Shown here: positions 55,099 through 64,000 of the stretch, piece after piece | How positions within the stretch are numbered: position 1 is the stretch's first letter | How the letters are laid out: the number at the start of each line of letters is the position of its first letter | Assembly (NCBI RefSeq): GCF_006345805.1 | Contig: NC_043015.1 | Coordinates: 36,952,001-37,016,000, forward strand | DNA length: 64,000 nucleotides | DNA from: Octopus sinensis | Lineage: Eukaryota | Direction: 5' to 3' | Notes under the pieces: model-generated | The model's input: only the letters and a program-made list of their open reading frames with translations | Database searches by the model: none | Told to the model about the DNA's origin: nothing | Translations under genes and position numbers: made by a program

Positions 55099-55144
55099 AA
55101 ATCTGTTACTCTGAGTTTCTCGTTGCCGTTCATCAGACAGTTTT
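55099..55144 (-). ncRNA. Type I hammerhead ribozyme (family E, inverted copy)
   Basis: Reverse complement gives AAAACTGT CTGATGA A CG-GCAA-CG A GAAA CTCAGAG TA ACAGATTT. Confidence 0.75.
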
Positions 55145-55711
55145 TGTATGTATACTGGCCTCTATAGATGCCAATAACATCGCTACAAGTTTCCCCCCCC
55201 ACCCCTCTTTCGTTCCTTTTTCTCTCTTTCCCTTTCTTTCGTTCCCCCTCCTCGCTCAGTATATGAGAATTGCTACATAGATGAATTTAGCTTGCGTGCG
55301 AGACGGTTTGCGTGAATATATGTACACATGCTTTTATGTGTATAATTTAGATTCATATTCATACGTCTGTATATGTATGTATGGCGTTTACGCGCATCCT
55401 TTTGTGTATGTTGATATATATATGTGGATTTTAATATAAATATGTATTGCAGTATTTATAACAGGTTTAATTTCTATGCATTAATTTGTACTGTCTTCAT
55501 TAACGGCAATAGGTTTTTTTTCCTCGGATTTATAATTTTTATAATTTTTATAAGTTTTTTATATATATATACATAATTTTTGACCTTTTTGTTTATCGCT
55601 CGAAGATTGACCGTTTTTTCTAAAGGGCCAATCAAACAAGTCCAGTTCTTTTTAAAGGTGTAGCGTTTGTAAGAGTATAGATTGAATTAATATATATGTT
55701 CCATTCTAGCA

Positions 55712-55757
55712 AAAACTGTCTGATGAACGGCAACGAGAAACTCAGAGTAACAGATTT
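55712..55757 (+). ncRNA. Type I hammerhead ribozyme (family E)
   Basis: AAAACTGT CTGATGA A CG-GCAA-CG A GAAA CTCAGAG TA ACAGATTT. Stem I 7 of 8 bp, GNRA-capped 2-bp stem II, near-palindromic ACTCAGAGT; cleavage predicted after 55749. Confidence 0.75.
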
Positions 55758-55858
55758 GTTGAATTTTCTGCTGCTTAAAATAAAGCATATATTACTTACC
55801 ACTGGTATTTGAGTACTCTTTTTCCACCTTGTTTCACATTTATGTGTGTTACTCCGGT

Positions 55859-55925
<67 letters not shown>

Positions 55926-55937
55926 GCATAAATATAA

Positions 55938-55981
<44 letters not shown>

Positions 55982-56055
55982 CATGCATACTACATAGACA
56001 TGCAGGCGCATATGTGTGTGCCTATATGGACATACGTGTGTCTGTTCTTTGGGAT

Positions 56056-56109
<54 letters not shown>

Positions 56110-56715
56110 TGAGTGATCGATAGAGAGACGTCACACACACATATGTCTGTATATATTTTTGGTTAAGTTTCTCTCATTCCGTAGTTACATCATGTCTATA
56201 CAAATAACACGATTTCCGTTAGATTAGTGAAATCGACAGCAGGTGTTTCTTGGCAAAGTTGAATGAAGTAAGCGCTAGTGAGAAAATGGCGGAGCGTTTA
56301 TCGAATAAATATTTCCAATGCATATTAGTGGCATAGAGGGATAGCTTATGATTTTAATGAAATTAAGTTTGTTTTCATTGGTCTCTCAGACCGGTCTTTC
56401 ATAACGCTAATAATCTGTACTACTGCCAATTTATCTGTTTGTTTGATTAATGGGAACGTGTGCGGGAAATTTAATGTATGATGGACGCACAAAGAGCAGC
56501 GAAGTTTGTCGATGAATTACAAAGAAAATGAAGCGGAGAATAAAATGGTGAAAAGTTTCTACACCAAAACTGGATAAATACAAGCAGTATCTTTGCGGCT
56601 GTAGAGAATGAAAAATGTGAATTATCTCATAAGAAGTGGGTGCATGAAAGTATGTATATATGAATTTATAATTACATACCTACGTACATGGATATATATA
56701 ATATATATATATATA

Positions 56716-56754
<39 letters not shown>

Positions 56755-57072
56755 GTGTGTGTGTGTGTATGTGTGCGCGTATGAATAAACATATACCTAA
56801 ATACATACTTAAATATAAATAGCAACCGGCTAAGGGATATGATATCCGTATTTACTATCGGTATCAGTTTCCTCTGCTATCCCTGGGCATGGATATACAG
56901 GTGCACTATGCTCGTAGGGGACAGGTAATAACACAATAAGCAAAAGTTTATCGAGAATCAAATTTAAATAATCAAAAATTGGAGAAAACTTTTAATCAAC
57001 AAACAAACAAATAGAACCACACCTGTAGATTAATTTTTAATACAAAACATTACATTATATTTCTGTGGCATA

Positions 57073-57193
57073 GCAATTCTTACGACCGTTTCCGCTTCCA
57101 ATGCCAGTCGGTGCCTATGAAGGAAATACGAAACTAATATTCGTCCTTTTCGTAGGATACACGATCTAGTACTTGAAGCTTCATCAGAGTGCA
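57073..57193 (-). ncRNA. Type I hammerhead ribozyme (family F) with long stem II
   Basis: Reverse complement gives TGCACT CTGATGA A GCTTC...(~75-nt nested hairpin)...GAAGC G GAAA CGGTCG TA AGAATTGC. Stem I is imperfect (CT/AG plus GCA/TGC). Confidence 0.65.
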
Positions 57194-57479
57194 ATACAAA
57201 TGCGTAAAATATAATGAACACAGGGAAGAGGGAATATAAAAGAACATGGCCTCGAGAAGAAGTCAAGAGCCTCAATATACTAGAATATTAGAATCATAGC
57301 AAATTCCAGCATAGAGCTTCAAAGTCGATAGGCAAAAGAATGCACACACAAACTGATATATATATATAGTATATATATATATATTATATAGATATAATAT
57401 ATATATAATATAATTATATATATATATACATATATATACGTACCTACACACATACATGTATAGAGCTCAGGTAACAACT

Positions 57480-58200
57480 GCGTCTGATGACGTCATATAG
57501 CAGGTGTATACATTAAAATAAGTTTGTCACACCTCTTAAATCTCCGACTTGAATTGCAACTTCATCAGGAAGTTGTGTGGTAGTCACTTTATAATGAATG
57601 GCTACAAGTGTTTGAACATTGAGCGTGGACATGTACGCTGGGAAAGAAGTAGGTAATTAACAGGGGAACAACAGGTATCGTTTTAAATTATGGAATTTAC
57701 AGTAGTGTTGTGAGAATGGAAGAGAGTGCGCCATAGAAATAAGGGAGTAACATATTTGGCGATATAGATACTCATAAGGTGCATTTTTCAGTGTACAAAG
57801 ATAAGCTTCCTATTTATTAGCGGATTATTATTCAGAGTGAGAAAAAATGAGGTAGGCTTTAATAGTGGATCAACCAGATAAAGCTATACAACTTTAGCTT
57901 AACATCCGATTCCGTACAGATTTCTGCCCTCTGTCTTTTAAAACCATATTCGGCACCCATAAGGATGCCAGCCTTCCTTTTGGCATGCTCAGTGTAGGTG
58001 ACGGTATGACGGATGCTATTCTGCTAAGGAACTGCCTCGATGTTTTTCATCTCTGAACATGGAAGAGTCCGCTAATATATGGAAAGCTTACCTTCGTCCA
58101 CTGAGAAATGCACCATATACCCCTTATGCGCATCTACTTTGGAAAAAGCTGCAAAGAACTACCTGCACACCTTCGTAATCCCTTATTTCTACGACACAGT
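57480..58200 (-). mobile_element. Highly decayed PLE 3' region (GIY-YIG-like traces, then a CTGATGA motif at 57562-68)
   Basis: Frameshifted GVYG.., R.EKHR.., ..INRKLIFVH.. on the minus strand; weak. Confidence 0.3.
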
Positions 58201-58525
58201 TATATTCCATTCTAACAACACTGTTGTAACAGCGCTTCAGATATTTTGACAGTGAAGCGTTAGGCTAGTAGATAACTTGATATCAATTAATGAAGGACGA
58301 TGGAACTAGGGTCACGAATTCATCCTCTTTAGCGTACAACTGTTAGCTAATTAAGTTGGTTACATGAATCATGTTACCCTGTCATATGTATGCATGCATG
58401 TATATATATATGTATATATATACGTATCCATCCATCTCCCACACAGACACGCACATATAACAGAGAGAAATAGATAGATAGATAGATAGATATATAGATA
58501 GATAAATAGATAGATAGAAAGATAG

Positions 58526-58584
<59 letters not shown>

Positions 58585-58601
58585 GATAGAGAGATAGATA
58601 A

Positions 58602-58672
<71 letters not shown>

Positions 58673-59083
58673 GAGAGAGAGAGAGAGATATAGATATATA
58701 TATATATAGATAGATAGATCCAATAGAGGAAGAATCAACAAAATGTACTGCATTAAGTGACAGATAAATATCAATTTAATACAAAACCGAAACAGCTATA
58801 AACTGTTTCGTACGTTTGTGGTACTTTAAGTAGGCATATTATAAAAAAACCTCCAAGCAATCATTTATACTGCATTAACAGAGCCTTGGAGATACAAGGA
58901 GTAGTATATAAACATGCCTACTTAAAGTATCGTAAAACCATGAAACCATTTGTAACTCATTTTTTTCCATAATATATATATACATATTTAATATTAAATA
59001 AGGGTAGAAGTTGATATTAATCAATTAAAACCAGTGGCCTCGCATATTTAAAAAAATCCGAAAATAAACAATTTTTTTACATA

Positions 59084-59307
59084 CAAAATTTAGAGGACTG
59101 AACACGAAAAAATGGACGTCAAAATCGCCATTTTCCACGAAGAATGTGTTCTCAAGAAAAAATTCAGCAAAAAACCAAAGTGTAAAAATAAGACAAATGA
59201 AAATATACGAAATAAAAGAAACGATTTTTATGGAAAATGGCGATTTTGACGTCTATATCTAGCATATAGGCTGTTCATTTTTTTAGTGGTAAGTCCTCTC
59301 AATTTTG
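59084..59307. mobile_element. 224-bp MITE with TA target duplication
   Basis: TA|CAAAATTTAGAGGACT ... AGTCCTCTCAATTTTG|TA (15 of 16 match), plus an internal perfect 23-bp inverted repeat at 59115-37 / 59231-53. Confidence 0.85.
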
Positions 59308-60679
59308 TATATATATATATATATTTATGTATTTATTTATTTATAAAGGTGCTGCTCTAGCATGACCGCAATCAAATGTCTGAAACAAGTAAAAGGATAA
59401 AAGAACATGTATTTTGCAGAATTGGGAGGCATCTTCCGTCAGCCATTATCATCACGCTTCGTACTCTCTTAGTTCTTCAAATGCGTTTTCATTTCGATGT
59501 CAAGTAACTGAGGTGACAAAATTGTGTTGATGTAGTCTACAGAGATGAAAACTTGTCTCTAATTTAACCATTTGTTTTCCAAGCAATTTTCCATTTCTAT
59601 GCTTTTACTTTGCAGGATATTCGAACTGGCTAACATTTATTTCACATTTTCACGAGATTTATCTTCTAATTGGTATGAGAGACAGTCCAAATAAAAAATC
59701 TTTATTTCATATACAAGAAGCTACAATATTTTTATATATTTACTATGCACAGCCATCGTCTGACATAGTTTCCAAGATACCACATATTGAATATGTATGT
59801 TCGTATATATATATACATATATATACATATACATATATACATACACACACACACGCACACACACACATACATATATATATAATATATATATGTATGTATA
59901 TATATTTATGTATGTATGTATACGTGGAGAGAGAGGGAGAGAGAAAGAGATATATTAATATATAAATACATATATATGGAGGTATATCTATGTCTGTGTG
60001 TATGGATATCTATATATGTGTACCTATGTGAACATGTGTGTGTGTTTGTTTGTGAGTGTGTGTGTGTATGTACATTCGTATGTGTGTTTTTAGAGAGGTG
60101 TATACATGTATGAGCCTCCGTGTATGTGTCTAAATAAAGAGGAGACAGATGCGTACAGAGAAATATAAATGTAATATTTCTAACGAAGGCAGGTGTATGT
60201 TTGGGTGTGTGTGCATGTAGGTGTGAATGTGTGTGCGAGAGATCGTGTGTGCGAGCTTATCTATTTGTACATTAACCCATATATTGAAATATGAAAAGTG
60301 GTGGAACGGTCTGGAAAGAGAGAATAGGGGAATCAGTCAGGGAATTAATAAAAAGGGAAAATTATCGAAAGATGAAAGACAAGAAGAAAAAAAAAAAACA
60401 GAAAGAGAGAGAGAGAGACAGAGAATTAAGAATAACGAAAACATGAGAAAATAACGAAAAAAAAATACTAAATATTTTTACAATATTAATTCGATTCACA
60501 TTCTGTTTCTAACATCGTCTGCCATTCTTCAAATATTCATATAAACGGGCTGAAGTGCCTTCTTTTTATTCTTGTATTGTTTATGTTTCAAATAATTCTT
60601 AAGTTCCTCAGGAGAGATCGTTATATCGTGACTATTATTATAGACTTTTGTCGCATTTCCATCATCAGTATGTTCGTTA

Positions 60680-60880
<201 letters not shown>

Positions 60881-61398
60881 GTTTTTATTTTTGCGTGTAC
60901 TTCTTTTTGAAATATTCCCCTTCTTTCTGTCCATTACTCTTACAATTCTTATTGTAATCTGCTTAAATATATTTAGTCCTTTGTTATGTTTCCTCGTGTA
61001 TATTCTTCATTCCCTTGTTGATAACATGTTTATTATTCCTTCTATTCCCATTGAATTAAGGAGGAGTTTATCTTTTTCTTGAAGCTTTCATATTCTATTT
61101 CTTTATTAATTCTTAAATTTAATTTTTATATTTTCCTTTGCAGCTGCCATTGTTATTGTTAATATTACAATTCGTTTTGCTGTTTATTCTTTATTCCTGA
61201 TGTTGTACTTCCTCTGATTTCGGTCATTTTCTTATTTTTATTATTCTTCCTAATATGGTTAACATTCTCGTTTCTGTTGACCTCGTCGTTTTTGTGTTTT
61301 TCTTCTTTTTGGTATTGGTGTTTAACTCCAGGTCAGCTTAGATGAAATAAAACTATAATTCGAAGATATTCAAATACGACCCATATATATATATATAG

Positions 61399-61531
<133 letters not shown>

Positions 61532-61539
61532 GTATTTCC

Positions 61540-61760
61540 AGACTCCTGATATCTGGTACCATTCATAAATTGAGTTCTCCATCCGGTTGCTATTTCTGCA
61601 AACGTATGTAGAAGCGCTGCCACTACCTTCTGAAAGTAAGAAGCTGCTTTGGTTGTTGATTTTGTTCTGATTGTTGCTGTCTCTATCAGTTCTAATGCCC
61701 TCTTCGAGTCTCGTGAATTGTTCGTTCGAAATGCGAGGAATTTATTTTGTAATTCAAAAG
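61540..61760 (-). mobile_element. Possible RTE LINE linker remnant
   Basis: Open frame SFELQNKFLAFR...(cf. F.LEL.NRF..L); weak. Confidence 0.25.
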
Positions 61761-62407
61761 AATATTCAGAAGATTTTATTTGAAAGCAAAACCGTGACCT
61801 CCCATTACAAAATGGACTTGTTTTGACGTTTGGTATATTGAATGACTATCAACATAGGAGAAATTGATGAAATCGCACAAACAAATATATCTTGCACCGT
61901 CTGTATTTATAATTATTCGGCCGACAATTTTCTCGTGAAAATAACCTATACATAGTTAAGTATTCTGTAGTTTCATGTGCATTTAACATTATCCTCAAAC
62001 CGAACATGATTGTCTCGCTTGGTCCTTAGAATTGCAGTTACAATACCGCATATGGGCTTCCACAGTTTCCTCTCACCTAATTCGATTCGTCATAAAGCAA
62101 TGATCGACAGATGCTGTAGAAAAGAAAACATAGGATAACAGAAGACACCACACACTCGAATCGAATTTGGGACCTGATAATTGCATATCGGAATATTTAA
62201 TTCCACCGCCCTCTCTAGACTGAACAGAAGTCTCGAAAACAAAATGCACCAAGCAAACTTATCATAACACAGAGATAATGCAATAATAAGAGAAGAAACA
62301 CTAATTAATATAATTATGGTAATTAACTGTTCTGGAGCACATGGTACACGAAAATATACTGAATATATATGTATGTGTGTGTGTGTGTTGTGTTGTATTT
62401 CTGTGCT

Positions 62408-62438
<31 letters not shown>

Positions 62439-64000
62439 TCTGTGGTTACAGTAATCGAACACCTGTTCCTACAATTATCATTGCAACGTCTAGAAATAGC
62501 AGTCAAATATCACTTATATCACAATCCGCAAGATTTGCATAGAAGGTTCCGATATGTCTGCTCCACTGGGCTCTGAGTAATTAAAACTGTTGCTACAAAG
62601 GTATGTAATAATCCGAGGTAACAGGAGTTCATCGGCACACCGCAGTTCTGATACAGTATATTCATGATCAACGACATTCCATCGATGACAGTCATGTTTT
62701 ATCAAAATCCACATTGTCTATATAAATGTTTGCAAAAGTTGTTTATAACTTCATGCTATATCATAGTTTTCCTTGCTATAGTTCTTCGGTGATTGAACAG
62801 AGTTTATAACTGAAGACGTTCCTTCCGTGACAACACAGTATGCTTATGTTTGTTATAGTCATGTATACTTTTTATTAATTTGGATTAAAGTTTCAAGCTA
62901 TGAGGCTGTTCTACTGCTTTGATGACCGAGCAGTTTATATAATCAACGACATTCCTTCCGTGCCAAACCTGTAAGTTCATGCTTATATTTACATATTCAT
63001 TAGTACATTTTTCAAAGTGTACTTCTCATTTTAAGTCAGCAGTGTGTAAATTCCAAGATGTAAACAACTGTTATTTCTAAGCTACACTTTGACAACATTG
63101 AAAACATGGCTCTCGACTTTATTTGCTTTTTTACAGTCGCTCGATCTGCAGGTAATAGCAGTCAAACACCCATACAATAAATAATAGACGAAACATTATC
63201 AAAACAAACGCAATTATCGACAATCTGGCAATAATTCTCTCACCATATGACGCCAGCAGGAAATACTAAATTTCGTTTAGTGATATATTGGATAATAACA
63301 GTTTGAGGAATCGAAAAGCTGGAATTACACCAAGATCTACCTTTCACAGCACTACCGTTGAATATGTGCCAATGAGAGAGCGTCTAGAGAAGGCGCAGTC
63401 TGTTAGGAATAACAAACTTATTGGACTTAAATCATGTACTTTTCTCTTTGAAAATAATGGACATATGGGATGCTTCTCTAGATACAAAAGGTATAAGTAC
63501 ATTGTTTAGGGGCAACGGCGACCAAATATAAGCTTTGTGTGGGATTCCTGAAGGCTTGACATTCTGTGTCTTTGAGCAAGGCACTTCGCTTTACGTTGAT
63601 CCAATGTACCCCGCCGTTGCATCTTGTTGCATCCTGCTGTTGCATCCGGACGAATGATGTTGCATCTTGCTTCTCCTCACATAGGTTGTTACTTTCTGCC
63701 CGAGCTCTGAAGGTCCGTCAGCGTGTCTACGCCAGATAGCAATTCCACCGGCAGTTAAAGCATTTTGTGAAAGTATAGTACACATTAGCAAGCAATCCAA
63801 ATTATAGGTTTGCTTAAAGAGCATCGACCGTGTACACTGACATATCTGTCGGCAATAGATTAACTGAAATATAAACAAAACTGAGGAGTTTATCAACCGG
63901 CGAAATGTTGGTGGTTTGCATTAGCAAATAAATTATTAACATAGTTGCATAGTCGTAGGTATATGAAGGGGAAATTTATTGAATGAAACAGTTGAAATAT

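Noticed and set aside
58786-58810. CGAAACAG-CTATAAA-CTGTTTCG hairpin
   Set aside because: 8-bp stem with no upstream CUGANGA; expected by chance.
63615-63670. Four GTTGCATC copies
   Set aside because: Short, irregularly spaced, probably part of a decayed SINE; no further structure.

Overview
AT-rich, microsatellite-saturated eukaryotic DNA with one 100-N gap (8328-8427). The SINE and microsatellite repertoire looks like an octopus (cephalopod) genome; this is inferred from pattern recognition, not a database search. No intact host gene can be supported. Almost all ORF-track entries are artefacts of (TA)n/(CA)n/(ATT)n/(TAGA)n arrays. The unique sequence is mostly transposon debris: tRNA-derived SINEs, mariner and maT-like remnants, an RTE LINE, R4/Dong-like restriction-like-endonuclease (REL) tails sitting in (TAA)n, MITEs, and Penelope-like elements (PLE, GIY-YIG). 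The main discovery is a set of type I hammerhead ribozymes (HHR) with palindromic (dimer-type) stem III: 7 well-formed copies from 5 unrelated families plus several decayed ones. One forms a 570-nt tandem with two identical HHRs (53124-54126) and another sits in a 400-bp unit with terminal direct repeats (2352-2814). Both resemble non-LTR retrozymes (circRNA-producing, non-coding retroelements). Four of the five families share an unusual A.purine mismatch at the base of stem II. All folds were read by eye and ribozyme activity is untested. Repeat boundaries are approximate unless stated as exact.
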